From Blasia pusilla (lineage: Eukaryota), in NCBI GenBank assembly GCA_050084515.1, contig CM114271.1, positions 1,612,001 to 1,676,000 of the forward strand: DNA of 64,000 bases, in the 5' to 3' direction. Shown here one piece after another: positions 51,080 to 64,000 of the stretch. A program made the translations under genes and the position numbers. Within the stretch, counting starts at the first letter, position 1. Each line of letters begins with the position of its first letter. The notes beneath the pieces were generated by a model. That model was not told the origin of the DNA. It did not search any database and saw nothing but the letters and a program-made list of their open reading frames with translations.

Positions 51080-51518
51080 CATGATTGCACAGAAATAAAC
51101 ATGTCCACGAAAATGCCCAACGGATCCCCAACCCAAGTTTTTTCAATACCTCGGCCAATGGCACGCGCAGGCTTGGGAGGCGGGAACAGATGCGGACTCA
51201 GATTAAGAGAGGCGGGCAGGAATCGTCCTGTACATAGCTTGCACTAGCCCGTAAAGGATGGATTGCGTGGTTGAGCTCGCCCTCAGTGGGCTCGTAGCCC
51301 TTCCTCCTACATGGGCCTATTGCAGGCCAATGCGGGCTTAGGGCAAGCTGGTATGGGCTACAAAACGGGAGACGGGTGCTTAGATTGGGTGCGGGCTAGC
51401 CGAGCCTAGGTATACATTGTGGGTGGGGCGGGCGGGCTTGGGTGCGGTCCATGGGTGCCCTCGCCCGTATGGACATGGACTTGTCCATGAACACGTACTT
51501 TTTCCGTGCACGAACTTG
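51080..51518. mobile_element. hAT-type MITE
   Basis: Perfect 8-bp TSD CTCCAAAC (51072-51079, 51519-51526). Imperfect TIRs CATGATTGCACAGAAA / TTTCCGTGCA..AACTTG. A related end occurs at 42400-42505. Confidence 0.8.
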
Positions 51519-54500
51519 CTCCAAACCCACCAAGATCATATCCATGACCTTATGGAAGGCTTTTAGGATGTTGTTCAACCCAAATGATAATAATCAAAAT
51601 CTTCTAGCTACCATACACTTCTTTCTTGGTGGGAATGATTGTGATAGATGCACACTCCTCTTACAATATCTCCACAAGTCATACCTCTACCAAGTTTTGG
51701 CTCCTACTTTGAATCAAAGCCTCCATATCACTTACCTATAAATTTGTCAAGAGATTGATGTGTCACTAGCCAAACCGATGTGAATCTTTAGAACCCTCAA
51801 TGTATTCAAGTCTTGCATATTCAATATAAAGTAGTTTTTATATCTCCTAAAGAACGTTCTGATGTATCTAGTGTTACTCTCATCTTGTAAACTAGCTTCG
51901 GCCCAATCTTTGCTCCCAAGTCTCCATTGTGACTGATAAGACTAGACAACAAGAGATCTATTGCTATTTTTCAACCTCTTGAATGCCATTACTAGTGCTA
52001 GTTTGCTCTCATGTAGTAATAACATCAACACTAGTCATGATATCTAACTTTGAAATTCCTAACTATGAAATCTTTATAAACTACTTTACGCTTGTACACA
52101 AGAAAAATGGCACAACTAGTATTAAACCCTACTCAAGAAGGCCTATTTATAGTCATATATTGCTAAATAAGGACGTATAAAATACAATCCCAAGTCCTTG
52201 GGTAGTTTACAATAAGAAATATCACTAGAGTTGGTGATTGCGTAACCACATTCATGAATGCCTCCCCAAAGTGCCAAAGTGATTGACTAGATAACGAGTA
52301 AACCAGTGCCTATCTACGAAGAGAACCTTCACGTGGTATGGATTAAGAAAAGGGAAATTGGATACGACTCGCACTCCATCCCTATCTAAGCACAAATCAT
52401 CCTAGCTTGAGCTCGCAAGAGTTTGGATGTTTTGCTTGGCGCTCGTTTGGTAATGAGGGTTGCGACAATCACTCATCTTAAGAGGTTGATGCCCTCATCA
52501 ATGCAAACCTTTTGATGTCAATTCATTTTGGGGAAGCCAACCCCTTGACATCGAATTGCATTCTGGTAGCTAACTCGCAATTTCTCTTTTGGCTTAAGTC
52601 TTAGGTTGTCGCCTGCAACACTTAGCATCGTTTAGCATCTCCTCTTGAAGAAGCCTAGACCGATTCTCGACCGATCTAACCTATCAAATAAGCTAACTAA
52701 GGTTGCTATCTAAGACTTCTCTTGCTCACAACTCATAAACATCTCACATGTTTACATGTTATACAATTTGTACTACTCTTGGATCGCTCTCGTATTCGAC
52801 TTAGGCGCGTCACTAAGTTCACTCATGTACTCATGAGTAAGATCACCCGAAGCCCCAAGATAGAGTGATCTGCCCTGCCGACGCTAGGGCGAGCCCAAGT
52901 GTTAGTTATCCAATAGTGGTCCTATTCTAGGTACTTATCCGAATACAAGCTCTTGCCTCAAATACTCCTTGTCTATCCTCTTTATGTACATCCTAAGCAT
53001 CTGAGGAACCACTCATTGCCATGCACTACCTAAGACAAATTGCAAATAACACAAACATCGAATCTCCAAATTCATGCATTCCTTTATCACAACACTAGCC
53101 TGTTCTGGTTACAATGGCCTTTGGCCCAAGCTTCCTATGGCACAAGTCATGTTCCTAGCTACTCTGTGTACTAACGCATGTGCTTCCCTTGCAACCGTTT
53201 GAAGTCTTGCAACACCTCTTGCGCGTGTTCAACGTCTTCCTCCACAATCCAAGTCACATCTTTCACATGGTAGCCCTTTCAATTGACTAAGTACTCATAC
53301 TTGTTGGCACTACACCTCGAACACAAGATGGTCTCCACATTGAACTCTGGTTCTTCACTTGCGATTATCGGTTGCGGTCTCAACGCTTGTCTTCACTCGG
53401 GACGCTCAATATCCTGAAGATACTTCTTCAACAATGGCATATGGAAAGTGGGATGTATCTTGAACTCTTATGGAAGCTCCAATGTATACACGTCCTTAAA
53501 CAGGTTTGCCTTTATCACATACGGTCCAACATACTTGGCAGATAGCTCCGCGGACAACTCCTTCGAAAGAGTGAGATTCTTCACACTCAACCACACTTGT
53601 TCCCCAACTTGGAATCTCACTTGGCGCCTGCTCTTGTTAGCATGCTTCACGTACCTCAATTGAGCCTTTTCAAGGTTTCTACTTGCTCGCTCCTCCCGAT
53701 CTCACATTTCCGCTAACAAACCTTCTGCCGTCGCTTGTTGGGTGTGTGTTGATGTAGTACCCTTTGAAAGGGACAGGTCAAGAGGCCCTTCTGGCTCACA
53801 TCCAAAAGCGAGGAGAAATGGAGATTCTCCAGTTGCAGAATGCTTGGTGGAGTTGTAGCAGAACTCCGCCATACCCAGCCACTTTGCCCAAGTACTAGTT
53901 CCTTAAGTACTAGTTCACGAGGGAGTTTACCTTTTCTATTTTGCCCATCCGTCTACGGATGGAAGGCTGTGTTGAAACTCAGCTTGGTCTTGAACCTCCT
54001 GAACAAGTATTTCCAAAAGGCATTGGTAAACTTTGGATCCTGATCTGACACAATACTCCTTGGCAACCCGTGTGCACGCCACCAACTATCCAGGAAGAGT
54101 CGAGAAGTAGTATAGGCCATCGTTGAATCCACCATCAACATGAATCTCCCCAACTTATTGAACCGATCAACTATCACAAGTATAGCATTGTATCCCTCAT
54201 ACTGTGGAAGACTCGTTATGAAGTCCATACTCACACTCTGCAAGGTCCGTCCGGAATCGGAAAAGGGTGCAACAAGCCTTGTTTCTTTGCATAAGAAACT
54301 CTGTTTGCTTGACAAGTCACATAGGTCTTCACATATTGAGCAACATCCTCTTTCATGTTGGGCCAAAAGAACCTCTTAGCTAGAACAGCCAGCGTAGATT
54401 TCTCCCCTTTATGTCGTGCCAAGAGTCTGTCATGACATTCCACTAACACCTTGGTTTGCACTCTGCCTTTGCCCACATAGATCTTGCTATGCTTGAACCT

Positions 54501-57268
54501 TAGCAAACCATGCCTCAAACTTATGTTGGCCATCTTCTCACCCTACTTCAACTTCCTTAGGTACTCGCTTGCCTGGGTGTCTTTCATGTATCCCTCACGA
54601 TTCCTTCTTTCCAAATCTATTTCCTCTATGAGGAGATCTTGAGATCATATCCTCATCCCTGCCACTCAACGCATATAGAATGACATTATCCTTCCCTAGC
54701 TTGTGGATCTATTCCACATTCATCAACGCCAAGGTATCATGCCATCGTAGTTGTTTCAGTGTCACTCGATCCCGGGTCTCAAAATACTTGAGTGATACAT
54801 TATTGGTGAACACTCGAGTCCTGTGAAGTCCCAAATAGTGACGCCACTTCCTCAAGCAATGGACCACTGCGAACAACTCTTTCTCATGAGCAGGAAACCT
54901 CCTCTCGGTGTTATTGAGCTTCTTGCTCTCGTATGCTATAGGTCTTCCTTTTTGTACCAACATTCTTGCAATCGTGAAATCACTAGGATTAGTATGCATC
55001 TCGAATGGCTTGTCAAACTTCGGCAGCTTCAACACTGGCTCGTACGATAGGATCTCCTTGACTCGATTGATTTTGTCATTCACTTCTTGGGTCTAGGTCA
55101 TGTTAGCGTACTTTTCAGTCTAATCTATGAGAGGTCTCACAATCCCCGAAAAATTCCTCACATAGGTTTGGTAGAACTACACCGTGCCGATAAACCTCCT
55201 CATTCCCTTCATTGTGGAAGGCGGTTCCACTCGACGATGGCTTGCACCATGAACATATCTGGACTAACTCCATCTTTGCTAACCACGTGACCCAAGAACT
55301 TGATCTTGCCTAACCCGAACTCAATCTTGTCCATATTTGCATATAGCTTGTTCGCCCTTAGTTTCGACAATACCTCCCTCAAATGTCACGCGTGCTCTTC
55401 TAGTGACTTCGAATAGATGAGTATATCATCAATGTAGATGATCACATACTCATCCATCTCCTTGTGAAAAATGAAGTTCATCAAGGTGGTGAACGTCGGA
55501 GGCGTATTACACAGACTGAAGGTCATCACCACAAACTCGAACGAGCCATATCTCGTTCTACACGTAGTCTTCTCCACATCCACTTTGGCAATCCGAATCT
55601 GGTAATATCTTGACTTCAAGTCAATCCTACTTAAGTACTTTGCCCCTCACAATCTATCAAAGAGGTCATCGATCCTCGAAGAGGGTAATTTTTTCTCACC
55701 GTCATCTTATTCAACGTAGAGTAATCCACACAGAGTCTCATCTTTCCATCCTTCTTCCTCACAAAGAGAACAAGTGCACCATATGGTGGCTTGCTGGTTC
55801 TAATGTAGCCCTTCTCTAAGAGCTCACTTAACTACTTTTTCAACTCAACAAGCTCCTCTTGATTCAATCTTAATGGTGCCTTGGAAGGTGGTTGAGACCC
55901 GGGGATGACGTCTATTTTATGATCGACTGCCTTGTGCGGTGGCAACTCGTTTGGAAGCTCATTCGTCAAGACATCACCAAACTCCTTGACTACTCTTTGT
56001 AGCAGTCTTGGGATTCCCCTCGAAGTCGCATCCTAATCTTTGCGCTTCTTGCTTGTGATGTCCTCCACTTGTCTCATTAAGCAAAGGAACCCATCCTCCA
56101 ACTCGGTCAGACTCTTCCTCGTAGTGGCATTCACCAACTCCTTTCTCACGGGCATCTGGTGAACCAATCTCACATGCAACCGTTTACCTTTCACTAAGAC
56201 GCTCAACCTCAATTGCCTTCGTCTCAACTCCATCTTATACGCATCCATGAATATGTTCCTCAAGACTCTGTCAATGCCATCCATTTTGCACACTGTGAAA
56301 TTCTCCTTCAACTCGAATACTGCGCAGCCTATGGCCAAACCCACCACCAACTCAGAAGTTCGATGAGATTTGCGTGTGACAGCCTACTCAAATGGGCTTG
56401 TCCCATTGAGAGGTCGACAAACCCAACTCCTTCACAATTCTCGAGCTTAGGAAGGAGTGCAAAGCACTTGTATCCATGAGCAACATCACATTGCGATAAG
56501 CAATCTTGGATCTTAGGTACATCAAGTTGGGCGTCTTCTTGGTGACTTGAAGGGAGGTCTCCAGACCTCCGCCGACAAGTGCTTAGCAGCCAACCTAATC
56601 ATACTCCCGTTAATAACCTTTGGTTTGGAGCATCCCTTCGCCATGTGCCCAAGTTTGCCACATTTGTAGCATACCACCTTGCCATTTCATGACTTTGGAT
56701 GATGTGCTCCCTTCGGCTTAGCATGGCGTTCGTGTCGCTTTGTCGCCAAGTTGAGAGACTCTCCTTGGTCCCGCTCAACCCCACTCTAGACTCTCTTGGG
56801 TGCCCCTTTATTTTTCAAACTCTTGAAAAAACTTTTTGTCTCAAAGGGCTTCAGTGTTTGGACCTCGTCGTCCCCAATCCTCTCTGTTAGCCTCAATAGT
56901 TGTTCAGAAACTCCGACATCCTATATAGGGCCTTCTGTGCACTCGGTTTGAGTGCACCGTTGAAGATTGCTATTTGAGATGCCTCATCTATCTTAGGAAT
57001 GGAATTCAACTTCGTGTTGAACTCCCTCACATAAGCGCTAAGGGACCCAATGTGCTGCAGTCACATGAGCTCTACCCTATCGCGAATCTCTTGGTACTCT
57101 AGGGTGAATCGGTCACCAATTAGCGTCTTGAACTCCTCCCAACTTAGAGGTGAACCATCGGCCGGATGTTCTTCTTCTGCATTATCCACCACTATAGCGC
57201 ATGATCCTTTAGAAAGATGACCGCCACGGCCACCTTATCTTGCTCCGTTGCCCTATGCGCCTCGAAGT

Positions 57269-58276
57269 TGTTGTGCACCTACTCTCCTTGAACGTCAATC
57301 TCTAGTATTGCGGAAACGTACGTTCAATAGGACACGCTCTCATCGCCGACCTACACCCAAACACACTCACATTAGTCTGGCTTTGGGTCAAGCGGCCTTC
57401 CAACCCACCGAGTCCTCAACTCGGCATCTCATCAAGCTCAACCTTCCTTACTTCCTAGGTTCCCAACATGGCAAGTCCTTCAAGACTTGGAACAGACTTT
57501 CTGGTTAGTCCAGGAACCTAAAATGAAAAACTGTGTGCCTAGCGGTTCCAACTGTTCAACGGACCTCATGCGAGTTCCTAATCGGGACCCAAGTAATTGA
57601 ATCGCGGGTTGGAATCCAAGAGGGATCTCTAATAATCACCTCAATAGACTTGGTTCAGGTTTTCAAGCCCAACTCCAAACTCCTGATCCGTTCCATGCCC
57701 TTGAGCCGCCCCGTGGCGCCCAAAGTGGGGTTCAAGTCCCAAGCACCCTTGGAGACCTTCCCCCTTACTACTACTTCTGGGGATCTCCAAACACCCCCTA
57801 CCTTTGGAAAAGGATGGTCGGGCCCTTCATTGTGGCCCTCAACCTAACTCTACTTACAGTTGTTTTTGGATTTTTTTTTTCTCATCCTCTACTTGTGCAT
57901 TTGCAGAGATCTTTAGTGCGTCTGAACCGGCTTTCCATAAGCTTTCTAGCGCATTCTTACTTGTCCCAAATACATCTTGGCGCTAAAAGTTATGGCCATA
58001 AATATAGTCAGAAACTCTCAAACGCTAGTGGCGTCCCAAATCCGGATTCCTTCCTTTGGCAACCCACTTCCTAGACTTGACTCCTCTCAAGTCTTGATCC
58101 GCGTTTGGTCCGAGTTTCTCAGTCGCGACCACAACACATGAAACGCGAAGCCTCGCTTGCGTCTCGTCTCTTGTCTCTTCTCCGAGACCACTCCAACAAG
58201 CAAACCATCTCAGCGTGAGCCCGCTAGTGTTCTGATGTTTCGCTTTGGCACTCGTTTGGTCATGAGTATCGCGACA
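57269..58276 (-). repeat. Solo LTR of the chromovirus family inserted in gag of element B
   Basis: TGTTGTGCAC...GCGACA termini. TSD GAAGT (57264-57268) / CAAGT (58277-58281). Confidence 0.88.
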
Positions 58277-59368
58277 CAAGTAATATTTTGTCTCTGTAAG
58301 GAAATCTTTCACCTTGCGAGCACGCCCCACTCCAATGAACGGTGTGGGCACGTTTGTGTTGCAGAGCTTTTTTCCAGAACTCCAAGCTCGGTCCGACTCG
58401 AGCTCTGCAATCTGCTTATTTTGCATGAACGTTTGCTCGATCATTATCTTTATATAGTCCATCATTTGGGCATAGAAGGCCGATTCACCTGAGTTTGGAG
58501 TCGTTGGCTCCCCATGAGAGTTTGTGTTTGGGATATCCTCATGTTAGGTGTTCGGCACCTCGGGAGTCGGAGTCTCCTCCACCGGCTCTCGATTTGGCAT
58601 CGGTTCATATCTCGATTTATGTCATTTGACTCGGCATTTCCATGGTTCATGCCCCTTGGTCGCCATCTTCAAGCCGCCACTTCATGTCTCCTCCTTGTTT
58701 CTTGCGTCCCTCCCCGAATGTCTGGGCCTTGTCGCTACCTTGGGTTTTCCCCCAAGCGTCCGGTAACTCCCACGACCTCAAGTTCTCGCTCACCAAGGAT
58801 TAGCTCAGATACCACATATCATGCACCTACTCTCCTCGAACATCAATCTCAGTGTTGCGGAAGTGTACGTTTAGAAGGACATGCTCTCATCGCCAACCTA
58901 CACTCAAACGCACTCACGTTAGTCTGGCTTTGGATCAAGCGGCCTTTCAAACCACCAAGTCCTCGACTCGGCACCTCATACATCTCAACCTTTCCTCATT
59001 CCTAGGCTTCCAACATGGACAAGTCTTTCGAGACTTGGGACAGACTTTCTGGTTAGTCCAGGCACCTAAAATGGCGTTTGCGCGCCTAGCGGTCCCAATT
59101 GTCCAACGGACCTCGCATGAGTCCCCAATCGAGACTCAAAAATATGAGTTGCAAGTTGGAATCCAATAGGGTCCTCCAAAATCCACTCTATTGGACTTGG
59201 TTTGGGTTTCAAATCCCAACACCAAACTCCCAATTTGTTTGGTGCCCTTGAGTCCCCTCGCGGTGCCCAAAGTGGGATTCAAGTCCCAAACACCCTTGGA
59301 GATCTTTCCCCTTCCAAGCATTTCTGCGGATTCGCAGGGTCCCCCTACCTTTGGGAAAGAGCACCCGG

Positions 59369-60582
59369 TGTCATATAGTAAAATCATCTAGTATGTAAAC
59401 TCCTCTCTCATTAAGTATTAGAGAGCATTTTATTAATATTAAATAAATTAGTTTAGAAAAAGGAAATTCCCATATTCAAACCTTTTTATGGTGCCTCTTT
59501 TGTGCGGGCCTAACTTTAGGAAAAGAGGTAATAAATAAAAGATGGGATTATAAAAGTAAATTAGTGGGGTTTGTGCTTTAATGAAAGAAAAGCAAAAGTA
59601 GTCTCGGTTTGTGACTAGGGTAGTTGGGTAGTTTGGAAAATATGAAGTGAAAAAAGGAGGATATTTTGGAAGAGATCAGAGATAATTTACTTGTGTCAAA
59701 ATGTGATTGGCTAAGCCTTGAGAGAAAGCCATGTGGCACAAGATAAGATTAGCCCTATTTCGTATTCTTGTGGATCCCTCGTGAGTAAATATAGAGGAGG
59801 GACCTTCAAGAATTTATCAATTTCTACTTCACATCTTGAGTTTCCCGTGTCACTCTTGAGTGGATGGCTTTGGGATTTCTTGCTCTTCCAATGAGAGTGG
59901 ATTATCCCTCTTGGGAGAATAACTTGACTATGCTCGAGTCTTCGAGAGGATTTTAGAGTGTGGTATGTGTGGAGATGAGAAACTTTTCACCTGAGGGGAG
60001 TTTAGTCATACTAGAAATAGTGGATGGTTTGGCTTATTATTTTCCCAATGAGAGTGGATTACCCCTCTTGGGAGAGCAACTCCGCCAACCCCCATTCTAG
60101 ACGAGATTAGAGGATGTTTGTCAAGTATGGATAGGAATGGAGCACGAGTTATGCCCGATTTTCCTTTCCTTAACTCGTATCACGTCAAGATTCTCTTTGT
60201 AGATAGGCAATAGTTCACTCGCTATCTAGTTTATCACTTTGGGGAGACATTCATGAACCAAGTCATGCAATATCCAACTCTGGTGATTCTTCATATAGTC
60301 ACGTACGGAAGGACATGGGATTGTACTTTGTATGTCCTTATATAGCAATCCATTGACGTCTATAGGCGTGTTTAAGTAGGATTTAACACTAATTATGCTA
60401 TTTTCCTTGTGAACAAACGTAAAATAATTTACAATGATTTCATAGTTATGAATTTTGGGGTTCCATATTATGAAGAAGTTATCGCCTCGGCACTACCATT
60501 CGTGATTCCTATCGTGAGAGAATCAAGGATTTACATAATAATTTTTTAGTGAAACTCTCGAAGAAAGACTCTCAACATGACA
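59369..60582. repeat. LTR-like repeat of a second family (C) inserted in the 5' LTR of element B
   Basis: TGTCAT...ATGACA termini, and the B LTR resumes at 60583. Other copies at 62921-63295 (direct), 61034-61345 and 52020-52400 (inverted). TSD not clear. Confidence 0.7.
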
Positions 60583-62299
60583 CCATCTTTTTGGCCCTCA
60601 ACCCAACTCTCCATAGAGTCAATTTTGGCCCATATCTCGGCTTTTGCTAAAGCGTTTGCCGAGATCTGTGGTGCATTGGAACCAACTATGCATACGCTTT
60701 CCAAAGCTTTCTTACTTATCCCAAACTCATCTAGGGACTAAAATTTATGCTCAAAAGTACAGTCGGGAACTCCCAACGCTAGCCGCGCCCCAAGTTCGGT
60801 TCTCCCCCTTGGCCGCGTCTCCTTCCAAGACTCATCTTCCTTAAGTCTGGGTTTCGCGTTTGGTTATGGTTTCCTAAGTCGTAACCATAAACGCATGAAA
60901 TACTTGAAATGCTTGCCGCGCTTGTGTCTCGCACTTGTGTTTCTCTAACTCCCAAATTGCAAACCATCCTAGTGTGAGCTCGCTAGAGTTCGGATGTTTC
61001 GCTTGACACTCGTTTGGTTTGAGAGTCGCGACATACAAGAGATCCACAAGAGTACAAAATATGACTAATCTTATCTTGTGCCATATGGTTTCCTCTCACT
61101 TGATATCTTCCGTACTACCCTAACTAGCCATCAACCAAAACTACTTTCATTTTATTTTCATTAATACACCAATCCATTACTTTACTTTTATATTCCTGTG
61201 TCTCATTTATTGCCTCTTTTCCTAAAGTTGGGCCAGCACAAATAAGGCACCATAAAGACGTTTAAACATTAAAAAAATACTTTTCTAAACTAATTTACTT
61301 AATGCTCATAACACTCTCTCTAAAACCAATAAGATAGGAGTCTAAATAGTGGATCATTTTTCTATACAAAAATGTTGCCCGTTTTTCTCAAATTTTGTTG
61401 ATGCAGGTTGATAGGGGACAACAAAAAAGTATAATGTAGAATGAGGCGATGGGAGTTTGCAAGTATATTTCCGACGAGAAGGCAACGAGAGTCGGGAAAG
61501 TTAAGGGAGCTTTGCATAGCTTGCGATTGGCGGAGGGCTATCAAGTAAAGGTGGTTAGGGCTTGGACTAGGGTTAGGACGTAGGAGATAGAGCGCACAAC
61601 CTGGCGAAACAAGAACCTGGATGGGCGAGCGACGAGTCACCATATGGCAGCCAAGTGAGCAAAGGCGAGAGGAGAGGGAGCCAGGCTGCGCCCATGAGAG
61701 GAAGGAGCACATCCACATAGAGATGCATGCCCAAATGAGGAAGACTCTCCCGTGGGAGCACTTGGATCACCGAAAGTTGTAGAGGGAGCAGGATCAAGCT
61801 CCATAGGGAAGTGTGCAAGGAACGTGCAGGACTCGGGGAGACATGGGGTGTCGAGCCGAGCTAAGAGGGTTCCGCCAAGGAAGCCGCATGCAAGGACCGT
61901 GGCTAGGAGGCTTGCAATTTAGCAATTATGGGGTGTAAGGAGTCAGAAGTGAAGAAGCAAGGGAAGGGCGCTTGGCATGAGATATTCGGGTGTAAGAACG
62001 GAGGCGCCCTACGTGCAGAGGGATACGTGACGAGCCAAAGGTGTCGTGAAGTGTTGGCATGTTGCAGAGGGGGTGGGCCAAGTGCTTCGACCCCCCTACT
62101 TTCCCTCTTCTCCCCCCCCCCTCCCCCCCAAAATTCAAGGATTGGAGGTGCATAGGGCATCATGAAGAATTTGGTAGGAGTCACAGCTATATGATAGGAA
62201 AGTGGTCAAGCAAGAATGTGGTTGGTCTAGGCTACCAGGTTGAGGGGCCAAATATGGTTAAGTCGAGTTATGTAGTGGAAGAGAGTTTTTGGGACTTGG

Positions 62300-62920
62300 T
62301 GTTTTGCAAGCGTGGATGGGATTCACGATGGAAGTTTGTTAGTCATTGCGAGTTGATTGGATGCCAACTCAATAGTACTTCACCAATTGTGGGCGTTAGG
62401 ATTGTGATGCACATGCATCCATATCGACTGGTAGTCCGCATCCACTTATGCGAGGGTTGACGTGTTGTTTGGAAAAAATTTTGTATCGTGGAGATTGTTG
62501 CGCTATACGGAGCATTCAGTGTTGATCATGCACTAAAGAGCTAGAGGCCATGTTCATGTTATCCATTTGAGTCCCTTTTCTTGCACCTGTCTCGTATCAT
62601 TGAGGGTGTTGGGTATCGAAAAAGATCGGGTGCTAGATGGGTGTAGTGATGGTGACGAGTATACAATTCTTGTATGTATAGCATATTTATGGATATAGGG
62701 CAATTTTCTTAGTAGGGGTTGCATGTATGACCTTAGAGAGAGTGCCTGTAGCTTAGGTGAGCTAGTTCGAGAGGTTCAAGATGAACCCCAGTGGTGAGTG
62801 TGTGTGAGGCCGGATGCGTCATCACGAGATTAGCATTAAGATAGATGAGCTAGTTAGGAGTGTGGGAGACTCTTGGTGAGTCTGAGTGCTTGAGTGTGTG
62901 AAGCAAGATTGTCATCACGG
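62300..62920 (+). mobile_element. Fragment related to the 5' internal region of the DNMT retrotransposon
   Basis: 62551-62590 TGTTCATGTTATCCATTTGAGTCCCTTTTCTTGCACCTGT resembles 4217-4256 TGTTCAGGTTACCCATTCTGGTCCTTTACCTTGCACGTGT. Confidence 0.45.
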
Positions 62921-63295
62921 TGTCATATAGTAAAATCATGTACTATGTAAAATCCTCTCTTATTAACTATTAGAGAGATTAGAGAGATTAAATTAGCTTA
63001 GAAAAACATAATTCTCATGTTTATGGTCTCTCATTTGTGCAGGCCCAACTTTAAGAAAAAAGGTAATAAATGAAATATGGGAGTATAAAAAGTAAAGTAG
63101 TTAGGTTGGTCTATTAATGAAAGAAAAGTAAAAGTAGTCTTTGGTGGTGGCTAGGGTAGTTGGGATAGTTTGGAGGATATGAAGTGAGTTGATGAGGATA
63201 TTTTGGAGGAGATAATATGTAATTTACTTGTGTCAAAATGGGACTAGCTAAACCTTAAGAGGAAGCCATGTAGCACAAGATAAGATTAGTCCTAT
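62921..63295. repeat. Partial copy of LTR-like family C
   Basis: TGTCATATAGTAAAATCAT start identical to 59369, colinear to ~59757. Confidence 0.8.
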
Positions 63296-64000
63296 AAACA
63301 ATTTATGACACTCATAAATTGTTTATAATAAATGTTACCTTACATGCACAGAATTTGTGCTTCATGAGCGGCCAAGCTTGCAACTAATCCTACAATAAGC
63401 CTTATTTATCTTGCATCTACCCTATAATTCCACATGCGAGTACTTCTGGTTTTAGTAGATTGATTTCTCTTAAACGTGAATCGTATTAGTTATTTGTGTA
63501 CGCGGAAACGTCAAAAAGCATAAGAACCAGGTTGCTACAATTTTGTAAGTTGAATAAGCATCTTTATGTTGTTGCAATACTATAACTTGAATGAACATTT
63601 TTGTATGGAAAATTGAATCTTGCTCCCTAACATGAACTTTGTCTTATGTTGTCATGCAGAAATATCAAGGTCAATATTTAGAATGATCAAAATTGTAGGA
63701 CAACTGAGAAATTTGCAAAAGGCAAGAAGTTAGTTAAAAAGGATATTCTTATGTGTTATTCATCAAAGAAATATTACGCAGTGAAATCTCCCAATGTAAC
63801 TCCTATGAGAAGACCCAATAAATGGACTTCATAACTTAAGTATGTTGGGCCAACAAGCCTAGAGTATGGTGGACCAACGAGCAAAGTGGCACGATAAAAC
63901 ATCTCTAAGTCTAGAACATAGAAGTTGCCAAAGAGAATCCAATTTAAACGGTCCTAGAGTTTGGTGGAGTAGGAAGCAAAGGGATACAGTATACAACCCC

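Larger units (their letters stand above)
52390..61033 (-). mobile_element. Ty3/gypsy chromovirus element B (near full length, degenerate, with nested insertions)
   Basis: 5' LTR 58817-61033 (split). PBS-Met TGGTATCTGAGC at 58803-58814. Gag ATG ~58666, knuckle CYKCGKLGHMAKGC ~56630-56671, protease region, RT YIDD, RNase H, integrase, chromodomain ~53170-53350. 3' LTR remnant 52390-52467. Confidence 0.92.

Noticed and set aside
61550-61575. Telomere-like TTAGGG motifs
   Set aside because: Only 2-3 degenerate units inside TE-like sequence.

Overview
Eukaryotic, repeat-rich land-plant DNA. The spliceosomal GT-AG genes and Tcn1-like chromoviruses suggest a bryophyte, but that is inference. Host genes: two intact 11-exon paralogues of HAD-family phosphoglycolate phosphatase (PGLP1-like; 10126-14451 and 30732-36684, + strand) and an F-box pseudogene (~23989-25233). 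Most of the rest is nested, decayed transposons: a Copia 3' end, two chromodomain Ty3/gypsy elements with inserted solo LTRs, a CRE-type non-LTR element split by a gypsy insertion, a PIF/Harbinger remnant, hAT MITEs with 8-bp TSDs and small Helitrons. The most notable signal is a decayed LTR retrotransposon (2403-7309) whose polyprotein reads gag (CCHC knuckles), aspartic protease, then a C5 cytosine DNA methyltransferase. A remnant with a related LTR (49030-51060) ends in integrase plus a PHD finger. Together these suggest a gypsy lineage carrying both a DNA-methylation writer and a chromatin reader. All coordinates were read by eye and no searches were run.
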